Program-made: the position numbers and the translations under genes
Assembly: GCA_038060895.1 (NCBI GenBank)
Contig: JBBTCT010000029.1
Span: 37,160-101,159, forward strand
Origin: Planctomycetota bacterium
Lineage (GTDB): Bacteria > Planctomycetota > MHYJ01 > WSZJ01
DNA length: 64,000 nt
Reading direction: 5' to 3'
Part shown: positions 20,476 to 29,800 of the stretch, in pieces
Layout of the letters: each line of letters begins with the position of its first letter
Position numbering within the stretch: position 1 is the stretch's first letter
Notes under the pieces: model-generated
Seen by the model: only the letters and a program-made list of their open reading frames with translations
The model's database searches: none
What the model was told of the DNA's origin: nothing

Positions 20476-22107
20476 ATGGTCATCCCGATCGGCGATGAGA
20501 ATCCGCGCACCCGGCAGCCCTGGGTGTCGTGGACCTTTGCCGGGCTGACCGCTGCGGCCTATCTCTTGCATCTCACCGGCCGCACGCCCCGCGGCGGCGC
20601 ATTCGAGTTTTTTATTTCCCCCGTGCTCGCGCCCGACCCGGTGACGGCAGCCTGGTGCATCCTCGCGCTCCTCATCTTCGCGGACAACGTCGAGGAACGG
20701 CTCGGGCCGCTCTACCACGCCTGCCTCCTCATCGGCGCCGGCTGGGCGGGCGCCGCCGCCCGCGTGGCCGATACCCCCTCGCTCCGCGCCTGGCTCGGCG
20801 TCGGCGTCATCAAATTCCCGTACGCCGGGGCCGCCGCGGTCGCAACCGCCGCTGCGGTCGCCTACGCCGTCTTCTACCCGCTTCACCAGATCAAGTTCTT
20901 CCATATCTTCACCCCGCGGCGCCGGTACGGGTACGGGGTGACCTCGCTGCTCCTGGGAAGCGCGTTCGAGTCGTCGCAGTCGAGAAGCGACACCTTTTAC
21001 GTGGCTGCGCCGACGGGAGTCTTCCTCTGGGGACTCGGCATCCTCGCCGGCGCGCTTCTCGGCTGGCGCACGGGAGGCGAGCTCTCGGCTCTCGTCGTCG
21101 GCGCGATCGCCGGCGCCGGGACCGGTTTCCTTATCCGGATGCAATCGGGACAGCCGATGTATCCGCAGGAGCTCGAGCCTGGGCCGGCGCCGCGAGCCCA
21201 GCCTGCGTGGGCCGCGCCACCGACGCACGGACTGGCCGCCGCTCCGCTCGCGTCGCTGACCTCCGCGGAAGCCCCTTCGCCCGCTTCCTACTCGTACGTC
21301 GCACCGAGGCCTCTTCAGCCTCCCCCGGCTTTCGCCACCGGAGGCTGGGCGGTGCTGCGCGAAACGGACGAACTCTACGACGTGGGACTGCTCGGTCGCG
21401 TCGCCGCGAAGTACATGGGCGTCCCCGTCGCGGACGCGACCCGGCGGATCCGCCAGACGCGCGGCGTGCTGGCGCGCGGGCTGGACCGGGAACGGGCGCT
21501 CGAGATGGCGAAGGCGGTGACGGAAGCGAAAGTGCCGGCGTTTGCCGTGCTCGAAGAGAAAACGGGCGGGCTGCCTCCGGCGCAGATGGCGGGGTCGTGC
21601 GGATGCAATTCGGGCGGACTCGAGTTCGAGCTTGGCGGCGGGAAGAAGGCACACGTCTCCTGGGGAGAGGTGGCCGTCATCGCGGCCGCCCGCGTCGATG
21701 AAAAGGACCAGTCGATCGCCCTCATGGAACCCGACCCTTCGGGCCCGCAGGCGCCCTCCGTCGTCGCACGCGAACGGACCACCCAGACCACGCTCATCGA
21801 CCTGATTACGCTTCACCCCCCGATGCGTTTCCGGGTGGCGCGGCAGGAAGCGGTGCTCGGTTCGTCCGGAGACGTGTCGAGCGCGGGGTTCCGGCAATTT
21901 GCGGCTTCGTGCCTGAAGCACCGCGGGGCCTCGCCCGTGAACAAGGGCCTCTCGGTCATCGCTTCGCGTGGCTCCTGGGGATACCTGGCGTTCAGCAATC
22001 CGGCGGCCTACGAGGAATACCTCTGGTGGCTTCTCCAGGTCATCCTCCGTCGTACGGCCCCCGTCTCCGCCCCGCGCGCCGGCGCCGCGACGTCCTATCT
22101 CGAATAG
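20476..22107 (+). CDS. Rhomboid-like membrane protein (catalytic residues apparently absent) with soluble C-terminal domain
   Basis: IPIGDENP..PWV, IFADNVEERLG; GASG and TM6 His not found; Pro-rich linker then soluble domain. Confidence 0.75.
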   Translation: MVIPIGDENPRTRQPWVSWTFAGLTAAAYLLHLTGRTPRGGAFEFFISPVLAPDPVTAAWCILALLIFADNVEERLGPLYHACLLIGAGWAGAAARVADTPSLRAWLGVGVIKFPYAGAAAVATAAAVAYAVFYPLHQIKFFHIFTPRRRYGYGVTSLLLGSAFESSQSRSDTFYVAAPTGVFLWGLGILAGALLGWRTGGELSALVVGAIAGAGTGFLIRMQSGQPMYPQELEPGPAPRAQPAWAAPPTHGLAAAPLASLTSAEAPSPASYSYVAPRPLQPPPAFATGGWAVLRETDELYDVGLLGRVAAKYMGVPVADATRRIRQTRGVLARGLDRERALEMAKAVTEAKVPAFAVLEEKTGGLPPAQMAGSCGCNSGGLEFELGGGKKAHVSWGEVAVIAAARVDEKDQSIALMEPDPSGPQAPSVVARERTTQTTLIDLITLHPPMRFRVARQEAVLGSSGDVSSAGFRQFAASCLKHRGASPVNKGLSVIASRGSWGYLAFSNPAAYEEYLWWLLQVILRRTAPVSAPRAGAATSYLE

Positions 22108-22379
22108 AGGCACCGCCGCAATTGGCCCGAAAGTCCGGCCCGCCGTTCCGGTACAATGCCTCCCTGTTCTTCTTGAGAAGGGAGGTCGCGGTACCAGCCC
22201 GAAACGCGCTTCGGAAAAACCGCCCGTGACGCCGCCGGCAGCGAACCACGCTTTCCATTATTCATGATTCCCCCGGCCGCGCGCGCTGCAATTTCCCCTG
22301 CGCCGCCACGCTTGAAGCCTCCGGAGCCGTCGCGTCGACGGCGATCGGGGCTTCTTGCCCTGCACAACAGGGGGACTCC

Positions 22380-22958
22380 ATGAAACGAAGGGGATTTACG
22401 CTCATCGAACTGCTGGTGGTCATAGCGATCATCGGCATTCTCGCTGCGCTGCTGCTGCCTGCCCTGGCTTCGGCGAGGAAGGCGAGCCGGAAGACGGACT
22501 GCAAGAATTCGCTGAAGCAGGTCGGTGTGTACTTCGCGATGTACGACTCGCGGTACCGCGGTTATCCGGTGCCGGGAGCGGCCACGTGGTTCCAGTTGCT
22601 CTGGGAGCCTTCGCTGGCTTCCGACGGAAACCTGTTCCGATGCGCCGTTGTCGGCAAGGGCGGCACGGGAACACACTACAAGGGAATTACGGGAGCCGGC
22701 ACGTACACGCCGACGGGATTCGGGCCGTACACATGGACGTCGTCAGGGTTGACCGACAGCGCCCCGGCCGACCTGCCGGTTGCGTGCGACGACGACCAGG
22801 TCGGCGTTCCTAACCACGGGAACGGGGACGACAGGAACATCCTTTTCTTCCAGGGAAGGGTCGACGTGTTCGCGATGGGGTCGCCCGTCGAAATGGCAGC
22901 CAGCGCGCTTCTGGGAACGACGACGACAGGCTGGGCAGCACCGGCGGGGATCAAGTAA
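22380..22958 (+). CDS. Prepilin-type N-terminal cleavage/methylation domain protein
   Basis: [36 protein letters not shown]; C-terminal H[10 protein letters not shown]. Confidence 0.92.
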   Translation: MKRRGFTLIELLVVIAIIGILAALLLPALASARKASRKTDCKNSLKQVGVYFAMYDSRYRGYPVPGAATWFQLLWEPSLASDGNLFRCAVVGKGGTGTHYKGITGAGTYTPTGFGPYTWTSSGLTDSAPADLPVACDDDQVGVPNHGNGDDRNILFFQGRVDVFAMGSPVEMAASALLGTTTTGWAAPAGIK

Positions 22959-23002
22959 GAAATGCAGGGTCGGGAGGGCGGCGAAATCGCGACATTTTTC
23001 GG

Positions 23003-23031
23003 TTGACTCGCCCTACCCCGTCCCTTAAGAT
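23003..23031 (+). promoter_or_regulatory. Sigma70-type promoter
   Basis: TTGACT, 17-nt spacer, TAAGAT. Confidence 0.6.
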
Positions 23032-23360
23032 CTTAAAGGTAAGCATTTTCAGAAAGGGGGCATGCAGGACCGCGAGAGAAAGATCTGAGCGAGAGAGCGA
23101 ACGCGACGTCGCCGGGCCACCCACCGATCTCATCACATCAATTTATCCCGAGCATTCGGATCCCAGGCCAACGACGTCAGGAGCGCTCCTCCCCGAAAGG
23201 GGACGACTCCCGACAGCCCTGATCCCGGACCGCCCCGCAGACGGGCGCCGAGGGAAACGGACTTCGAGATCTTTCCGAGACGGCCACGACACACCGAACC
23301 CGGCCGCAACGAAGCACGTGACAAAACAAAACTCGGAACAACAACTAGGGGATCCAACCC

Positions 23361-23939
23361 ATGCGTAAAAAGGGCTTCACCCTGATCGAACTGCTCGTCG
23401 TTATCGCCATCATCGGCATCCTGGCCGCCCTTCTGCTCCCCGCTCTGGCCGCTGCCAGAAAGTCCAGCCGCAAGACGGACTGCAAGAACAGCTTGAAGCA
23501 GATCGGCATCTACTACGCTCTGTACGAAGGCAAGTTCAAGGCCTATCCGACCCCGGGCGCAGCCAGCTGGTTCGCGCTGCTCTGGAGGCCTGACATGGCG
23601 ACGGACGGCAACCTGTTCCGCTGCGCGGTCGTCGGCAAGAGCGGCACGGGCACTCACTACAAGGGCATCACCGGCGCCGGCTCGTACACCCCCATCGGCG
23701 GCGCGACCTACACCTGGACGGCCACGGGCATCACGGACGGCGCTCCGCCGGACCTGCCCATGGGCTGCGATGACCTCCAGGCCGGCACCCCGAACCACGG
23801 GACCGGCGACGACATCAACGTGCTCTTCTTCCAGGGCCGCGTCGATGTGTTCGCGATCGGATCCCCGACGCAGGGCGTCGTGGATGCACTGCTCGGCTCG
23901 ACGACCTCCGGCTGGGCAGCGCCGGCTGGCACGAAGTAG
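23361..23939 (+). CDS. Prepilin-type protein, tandem paralogue of 22380-22958
   Basis: [19 protein letters not shown]; same length (192 aa) and colinear with the upstream copy. Confidence 0.92.
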   Translation: MRKKGFTLIELLVVIAIIGILAALLLPALAAARKSSRKTDCKNSLKQIGIYYALYEGKFKAYPTPGAASWFALLWRPDMATDGNLFRCAVVGKSGTGTHYKGITGAGSYTPIGGATYTWTATGITDGAPPDLPMGCDDLQAGTPNHGTGDDINVLFFQGRVDVFAIGSPTQGVVDALLGSTTSGWAAPAGTK

Positions 23940-23956
23940 TTCGACCTGGACTCAAG

Positions 23957-23992
23957 ACGGCCCCCGGGTTTCCCGGGGGCCGTTTCTTTTTT
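23957..23992 (+). terminator. Rho-independent terminator
   Basis: 12-bp stem ACGGCCCCCGGG/CCCGGGGGCCGT followed by TTCTTTTTT. Confidence 0.85.
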
Positions 23993-24035
23993 GGTGCGGC
24001 CTCCGGCATTTCCGGCGGTCGTCCTTTGATGTAGC

Positions 24036-25940
24036 GTGCGACTCGTGACGACGCCCGAAATTCCAGATGTGCCCTCCGGCGCTGTGCGACCCTGGCTGGC
24101 TCCCTGCGCAGTCTTCGCCGGCGCCCTCGCGGTGCGGCTTGCGGTTGCCATCGAAGCGTGGACCCGGATCCCTTTCCTGAAGGCTCCCGTCGTGGACGGC
24201 GCCGAGTATTTCATTCGCGCCAGGCAAGTCGCGGCGGGGGAGTGGTGGTCGCAGAAAATGGAGATTCATCCTCCTCTCTACGGTTGGTTTGCGGGGACGG
24301 TGTTCTCGATGTTCGGCGACGGCTCGTTCGCGCTGTATGCGATCCAGGCGCTGATCGGCTCTGCGACAGCCGTGCTGATCTGGCGATTCACGAAACTGCT
24401 GGCAGGCCCGCGGGCTGCGGTAGTAGCCGGTGCGCTCGCCGCCGTCGCGTGGCCCGCCGTCCTCCAGGAGGTCCACGCTTCCGCGGCCGGGCTTTCCCTC
24501 TGCTTCGCCGCCGCCGCGCTGAACCTCTCGGAATGGGCCACGCGCGGAAGACCGCTGCGCGCCCTCGCCCCGGGCCTCGCCGTCGGGCTCGCGGGAATCG
24601 CCCACGGCATGATGCTCGCCTTCGCGCTCGTCCTGCTCCTTCCCCTCCTCTCACGAACGCGCCGGGGAGCCCTCGTGGCCGCCGCCGGCCTCGCCGCCGC
24701 CCTCGTCCCCCCTCTCGCCGTCTGCGCCCATAACGCCGGGCTCGACGACGGCTCCTACACCCTTCAGGCGAACGTCGGCCTCAACGTCTGGATCGGCAAC
24801 AATCCCAACGCCGACGGTTACCCGAACCTCATGCAGGGCCCTCCGTACGACGACGTCGTCGACCGCGCGTGGCGCGCCGGACACCTGACCGCCGCCGAAC
24901 AGGACAGCTACTTCCGCGGCGAGGCCCTGCGCTGGGCCGCTTCACACCCGTTCCGGTGGATGGCATTGTGCGGAAAGCGCCTCCTGGGGACCTGGAGCTC
25001 GGCCGAAGTCGATTCATCGATGGATGCGAGAGTGTTCGAAGAAGGGCTCGCGCTGGACCTGCTCGCCTTCGGGCGGTGGGGGCTCCTGGCCGCGCTCGCG
25101 CTCCCAGGGGCCATCCTGCTCTGGAGGAGGTCGGGTGAAAACCGCCGCCTCTGGCTGGCCGGCGCAGCCGCCGCGGGAATTCCCCTTCTCCTTCTCGTCA
25201 CCTCGAATCGGTACCGCGTGCCGCTTCTCGTCGCGCTCCTTCCCGCCGCGGGCGTGGCGCTGGAAGCGGCGTGGACGGAGCGAAAGGCGCTCGCAACCCG
25301 CGCCTGTGCTGGACTGGCGGCGCTGGCCGTCGGCGGCGGCGTGCTTTCCTTCCTGAATCCGCTGGGCGTCCCGACCGGAGCGTATGCCGACCGCGACATG
25401 GCTCTCGGCGCCTCGCACGCGGAACTCGGCGATCTGCCTTCCGCCGAGAAGCACTTCCAGGCCGCTCTCGTCCGCCGTCCCGGCGACCCGTACGTGCTCC
25501 TGATGCTCGGCCGGGTCTACCATAAGGCGGGGGCAGTGGCTCCTGCCGTCGAGGCCACGCAGCGGGCGCTCGCGGCTCGTCCGTCCTACGTCGATGCGCT
25601 CGTGCAGGCCGCGCTCTTCCTCCAGGCAGCCGGGCGCCCGTCCGAGGCCGATGGGCTCTTCCGCAAGGGCATGCTCGCCGAACCGCTCGATCCGCGCATC
25701 CCGGGCCGGTACGGGGAGTGGCTGCTGTCGCAGAATCGGGCGGCGGAGGGGATCCCTGCGCTGCGGCGGGCGGTGGAACTGCAGCCCCGGTCGAGGGGTT
25801 ACCGGAACAATCTCGGGATGGCGTTGCTGGCGATTGGCCGACTTGCGGAAGCGGAGAAGCAGTTCCGTTCGGTCCTGGAGGATGACCCCGGGAACGCCGA
25901 TGCGCTCACGGGCCTGGAGCTTGCCACGCAGGTGAAGTAA
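24036..25940 (+). CDS. GT-C (family 39-like) membrane glycosyltransferase with C-terminal TPR repeats
   Basis: VVDGAEY, HPPLY, GLNVWIGNNPNADG, RYRVP, TPRs; start approximate. Confidence 0.85.
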   Translation: MRLVTTPEIPDVPSGAVRPWLAPCAVFAGALAVRLAVAIEAWTRIPFLKAPVVDGAEYFIRARQVAAGEWWSQKMEIHPPLYGWFAGTVFSMFGDGSFALYAIQALIGSATAVLIWRFTKLLAGPRAAVVAGALAAVAWPAVLQEVHASAAGLSLCFAAAALNLSEWATRGRPLRALAPGLAVGLAGIAHGMMLAFALVLLLPLLSRTRRGALVAAAGLAAALVPPLAVCAHNAGLDDGSYTLQANVGLNVWIGNNPNADGYPNLMQGPPYDDVVDRAWRAGHLTAAEQDSYFRGEALRWAASHPFRWMALCGKRLLGTWSSAEVDSSMDARVFEEGLALDLLAFGRWGLLAALALPGAILLWRRSGENRRLWLAGAAAAGIPLLLLVTSNRYRVPLLVALLPAAGVALEAAWTERKALATRACAGLAALAVGGGVLSFLNPLGVPTGAYADRDMALGASHAELGDLPSAEKHFQAALVRRPGDPYVLLMLGRVYHKAGAVAPAVEATQRALAARPSYVDALVQAALFLQAAGRPSEADGLFRKGMLAEPLDPRIPGRYGEWLLSQNRAAEGIPALRRAVELQPRSRGYRNNLGMALLAIGRLAEAEKQFRSVLEDDPGNADALTGLELATQVK

Positions 25941-26035
25941 GCGGGTCTTGCATCCTTGACTAGGCCTTGGCAGGCGCGCTAGACTGCCTCTCTAAGTCGT
26001 GGGGGTCAACCCGCCTAAATTTAGGAGAGGTCCGC

Positions 26036-27589
26036 ATGCGTTTCGGATCCCGATTCCTCCTTTCCATGGCCGTCCTTGCGGTGTTCGCGGGGGTTGCCAG
26101 GGCTGACGTCAAGAAGCGGTGGGAGCTGACGTTCGACCATGAACGTCCGGAGCACTACACGTTCCGCTCGCCGATGGGTAAGGAGAAGAACTACTGGTAT
26201 TTCGTCTACCGCGTGACGAACAACACGCCCCAGACGTGTCCGCTGATCGTGGACGTGAGCCTTCACGTCGACGGCCGCAACTGGCAACAGGCCGGGTTTT
26301 ATCCGGTCGAAGAGAACGCGATCATTGCCGAAGCGGACCGGATGGGCGGGTACTCGGTGGGGATCCAGAAGGAACTGATCGAGGACTTCAAGAAGCGCCG
26401 CAAGTACCTGAACAAGGGCGACCAGAGGAAGGTCGGCGTGCTTCTGCCCGGCGAGTCGGTTCACTGCCTGGCGATCTTCGAGGACAAGGCGTACCGCTAC
26501 AACGACGTCGAGGTGATGGTGAGCGGCCTCGTGGACCCGGTGACGTACAAGTGGATGGACCGCAAAGAAGGGTCGCAGACGTCGGGCAGCAACATCCATC
26601 TCCAGTACGAAAACAGCGTCTTCCGCCTCACGTACGCTCGCACGGGCGACCAGTTCTTTTCCTTCCAGCGCGGCCTGACCCTGACGAAGCACGACTGGGT
26701 TGTGGTCGGGATCAACCCGGCGGTGACGAAGTCGGACATCGCAGGCCTTGTGAGCGCGATGACCAACGACGATCCGCTGATCCGTCGCGTGGCGCAGGAC
26801 CTGCTCATCCGTTACACGGCCGCGGCGCGCAAGGACATGGATCTCGTGAAGCTCCTCAGCGAGAATCCGAAGGACAAGGTTGAAGCGCTGAAGCAGGCAA
26901 AGGATGTGCTTTCTGCGCTGGCAAAGATGGATGGCTTGAAGCAGAAACAGGTCCCGTTGATGGTCGTCCTGAAGGAACAGCTGCTCACGCGCATCCCGGA
27001 GATTCCTGCCGAGATCGCGGAGCTGAAGCGGGGCAGCGAGCTGAACAGCGACCAGATCAAGAGCCTGACGGACCAGCTCAAGATCGTGGTGACGAAGGCG
27101 AAGGAAAACAAGTGCCCGATCCCGACGTATGTCGAATCGGTGATGACCCGCGAGAACCCGACCAGCGAAGTGGTGTACGACTGGATCTGCGGGTACGAGG
27201 ACAAGAGCATCAAGAACGACAAGGGCGAGTCGACGCCGATCCTTTACCCCGGCGTCCAGCAGTGGAAGGAATTCATCACGGACATCACGGATACGAACAA
27301 CTCGCAACAGAGTCACTTCGAGTTCATCCGGTCGCTCTTCGAGGCGCTCGACGACGACACGATCACGGACCCGTGGGTGCGCGACGTGGCGATCTCGGTC
27401 CTGAAGGACGTGGCGACGGACGAGCGCATGACGGTCGATGTGACCGCCTATGACCCGAAGATCGCGTTCGCCGAACAGAAGCCCGAAGTGAAGGACGCAA
27501 TTCTCCGGTGGCGCGAGTGGTGGAGCCGGAACCGCGACGAGAGCTACTGGAACGCCAGCACGAAGTCGTTCGAGCCGAAGAAGAAGTAG
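26036..27589 (+). CDS. Secreted hypothetical protein with HEAT-like helical C-terminus
   Basis: SD AGGAG, signal peptide ARA-D, YWYFVYRVTN beta domain, DDPLIRRVA / DPWVRDVA HEAT-like motifs; strong codon bias. Confidence 0.85.
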   Translation: MRFGSRFLLSMAVLAVFAGVARADVKKRWELTFDHERPEHYTFRSPMGKEKNYWYFVYRVTNNTPQTCPLIVDVSLHVDGRNWQQAGFYPVEENAIIAEADRMGGYSVGIQKELIEDFKKRRKYLNKGDQRKVGVLLPGESVHCLAIFEDKAYRYNDVEVMVSGLVDPVTYKWMDRKEGSQTSGSNIHLQYENSVFRLTYARTGDQFFSFQRGLTLTKHDWVVVGINPAVTKSDIAGLVSAMTNDDPLIRRVAQDLLIRYTAAARKDMDLVKLLSENPKDKVEALKQAKDVLSALAKMDGLKQKQVPLMVVLKEQLLTRIPEIPAEIAELKRGSELNSDQIKSLTDQLKIVVTKAKENKCPIPTYVESVMTRENPTSEVVYDWICGYEDKSIKNDKGESTPILYPGVQQWKEFITDITDTNNSQQSHFEFIRSLFEALDDDTITDPWVRDVAISVLKDVATDERMTVDVTAYDPKIAFAEQKPEVKDAILRWREWWSRNRDESYWNASTKSFEPKKK

Positions 27590-27607
27590 AGGGAACGCAA
27601 AACAAGG

Positions 27608-27635
27608 AAACCCGCTCGCAAGAGCGGGTTTTTTT
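27608..27635 (+). terminator. Rho-independent terminator
   Basis: AAACCCGCTC-GCAA-GAGCGGGTTT plus T-tract. Confidence 0.9.
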
Positions 27636-27733
27636 GTTGCCCTGATTCCCGGTTGTCAAAGTTGACGATTTCCGATGGAATAGGGCGCTGCAAATCGGCG
27701 TTTCCAATGCACACCCATTTCCCGGAGGCAGGC

Positions 27734-28294
27734 ATGAAGCTGTTCCCGATCGCAGCGGCATTCGCGCTTTTCGCGACGGCCGCCCTGGCGGATGAAGTTT
27801 CCGCCACGAGCGTCCATCTCAAGTTCGGCGGGGTTTCCTGAAAGGTCTCCTGAGGGAAGAAACTGGCGAAAGCCCTCGAGGGCCTGGAAGGCACCTCCAA
27901 TGTGAAGTCGACGTCCGACAGCGAATTCGACGTGACGTTCAAGGCCGATGCGAAGATTTCCCCGTCCGTGATCAAGGCCGCCCTGCCCGACAAGTACTCC
28001 GTTGACCTCATGCAGGTCACCACTTCGGGCGAGCTCGCCACTTCGGAAAAGCCCGAAGAGAAGGGCCTCTGGCTCGTGCTCAAGTCCGGCCAGAAAGTCC
28101 TGCTCGCGAATCGCGCCGCAAAAGACGACAAGGACAAGCCGGAAGACGTCGTCGCGAAGCTCGGCGAAGCTCTGAAGGCCGGCACGAAGGCCGCGCGCGT
28201 CGAGGGCGTGATGGTCGAGGACAAGGACGGCAACCTGACGATCCAGCTGGCGAAGGGCGAAGCCGTGGCGGAGAAGAAGGAAGAAAAGAAGTAG
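27734..28294 (+). CDS. Secreted HMA-like protein with two in-frame UGA codons (candidate selenoprotein, UxxxU)
   Basis: SD GGAGG, signal peptide ALA-D, then HLKFGGVS-TGA(27839)-KVS-TGA(27851)-GKKLAKALEGLEGTSNV, continuing in frame to TAG 28294 (186 aa). Confidence 0.75.
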
Positions 28295-28324
28295 GGAGTC
28301 GGGAGTTCGGAGTCAAGGACCACT

Positions 28325-28353
28325 AGGGCCGCGGACAACTGTTCCGCGGCCCT
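28325..28353. terminator. Hairpin between convergent genes
   Basis: AGGGCCGCGGA...TCCGCGGCCCT followed by TTCT. Confidence 0.7.
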
Positions 28354-28381
28354 TTCTATTGGAATTGACGGAATCCGAAGG

Positions 28382-29800
28382 TCAGCTTCGCGGGGGCCAA
28401 TTGTGTCTGCGCGCGACAGTCACCTTCATGATCTCCGCCGCGGCCACTCGCAGATTTCCAAGCCCCTTCCACCCCGCCGCATACCGCTTCAGCATGCGCC
28501 ACCGGTCCGCGCGCGTGAGTTCCGGCAGCGCGGCGTTGAGCTGCGCCAGCGCCTTGACGGAGTCGGCCCGGCGCACGCGGCGGAACTCGAGGTCCTCGAG
28601 GTCGAGGAAGGCGAAGCGGGTCGGTCCGTCCGCGAGGAGGTTATTCGCCTTGAGGTCGCGATGGTGCGCGTCGGCGCGGTGCAGGCGCGCAACGAGGGCA
28701 GCGAGCCCTTCGAGGAACGGGCGGCGGTCCTTGAGGCGGGGGACCTCCTCGCGGCAGTAGCGGTCGAGAGGTTTTCCCGGGGATTCCTTCGCCACGAACG
28801 CCGACCGGCCGCGCTGCTCGACGAGCCCGATCGCCTCCGGCGCGGGAAGGCCGCGGACGCGCAGCCCCTGCGCGCCGATCCAGGCGGCGCGGGCAGGCGT
28901 GCCACGGACCCAGTTCCGAAGGGCGCGGAAGGGCCCGCCTGTTTTCCATTCCTTCACGAAGAGCCCGTCGAAGGTCGTGACGCGGCGCCCCTCGAGGGTC
29001 TTGGTGGAGAGGCCGGCGGAGCAAAGTTTGTCGTGGTGGGCGAGGGCGGCGAGCGCTTCCTCCGGCCTCGACGGCTTGCGCGTGATGACCAGGCCTTCCC
29101 TCCCGCGCGAAACCGCGAACCCGGTGGATTCCTTGAGGCACCGGCGAGTACGGCTCGCGACGTGCCGGCGGCGGAACGCATCGGAGTGGACGTTCACGCG
29201 CCGGACGCGCGCCTCCTCGTCCGCGCTCCGGCCGAGCGCCATCTTCACGAACCTCATGACGTCGGAGTGAGAAGCGATCCGGGAGAGCGAGTAGGCGAAC
29301 TGGCCGATGGCGCGTTCCTCGTCCTTCGCGGACACGCTGCCGATGCGCCCACGGTGGAGGTCGATGACGAAAAGGTTCCCCGCGGCCACGAGGATGTTGC
29401 CGGTGTGAAGGTCGAGGTGGTGGAAGCCGTTGGAGTGCATGAGGCGCAGAAGAGCGGCGACGGCGGGGATCCGGTCGCGGTGCCAGGCTTCCTTGAGGGG
29501 GGTCGCTCCGGGAATCTCCTGCATCGCGAGGACGGCGCCGCCGCCCGGCGCGGGCGACCACGCGACGGGGCGCGGCACCGGGACGCCGTGGCGCGAGAGG
29601 TGCGTCAGCGCCTTCCACTCGCTTTCCGCCTGGTCGCAGCGCTTCTTGAAGTACTTGCAGTAGAGCCCGTCGTGGCGGAAAAGCGCTCGGACGCCGTTTT
29701 CCTTCTCGGGGTGCGACGGCGGAAACCAGGCGCTTTCGCTGCTGGCGAGGGTCCGCGCGAGCGATTCGGCGCCGGGGGCGACAGTCCATGACCAGCTCAT
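28382..29800 (-). CDS. Two-domain LPS kinase (Kdo/WaaP/InaA family)
   Basis: Two kinase modules: HLDLHTGNIL..IDL and HRDLKANNLL..LDLE; LAQLNAA. Confidence 0.85.
   Translation of the reverse strand: MSWSWTVAPGAESLARTLASSESAWFPPSHPEKENGVRALFRHDGLYCKYFKKRCDQAESEWKALTHLSRHGVPVPRPVAWSPAPGGGAVLAMQEIPGATPLKEAWHRDRIPAVAALLRLMHSNGFHHLDLHTGNILVAAGNLFVIDLHRGRIGSVSAKDEERAIGQFAYSLSRIASHSDVMRFVKMALGRSADEEARVRRVNVHSDAFRRRHVASRTRRCLKESTGFAVSRGREGLVITRKPSRPEEALAALAHHDKLCSAGLSTKTLEGRRVTTFDGLFVKEWKTGGPFRALRNWVRGTPARAAWIGAQGLRVRGLPAPEAIGLVEQRGRSAFVAKESPGKPLDRYCREEVPRLKDRRPFLEGLAALVARLHRADAHHRDLKANNLLADGPTRFAFLDLEDLEFRRVRRADSVKALAQLNAALPELTRADRWRMLKRYAAGWKGLGNLRVAAAEIMKVTVARRHNWPPRS

Noticed and set aside
22290-22354. 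c-di-GMP-I riboswitch (AAGCCTCCGG hairpin)
   Set aside because: The GGCAAA..GAAA..GACGCAAA first stem is missing; kept only as a plain hairpin.
22380-23939. Diversity-generating retroelement template/variable repeat pair
   Set aside because: Both copies are full ORFs with mostly synonymous differences that are not adenine-specific, and there is no reverse transcriptase in the window.
27839-27853. Genome-wide UGA reassignment (code 4/25)
   Set aside because: Many genes here end in TGA with ATGA overlaps (5757, 38412, 45864, 50006), and long conserved genes have no internal TGA.
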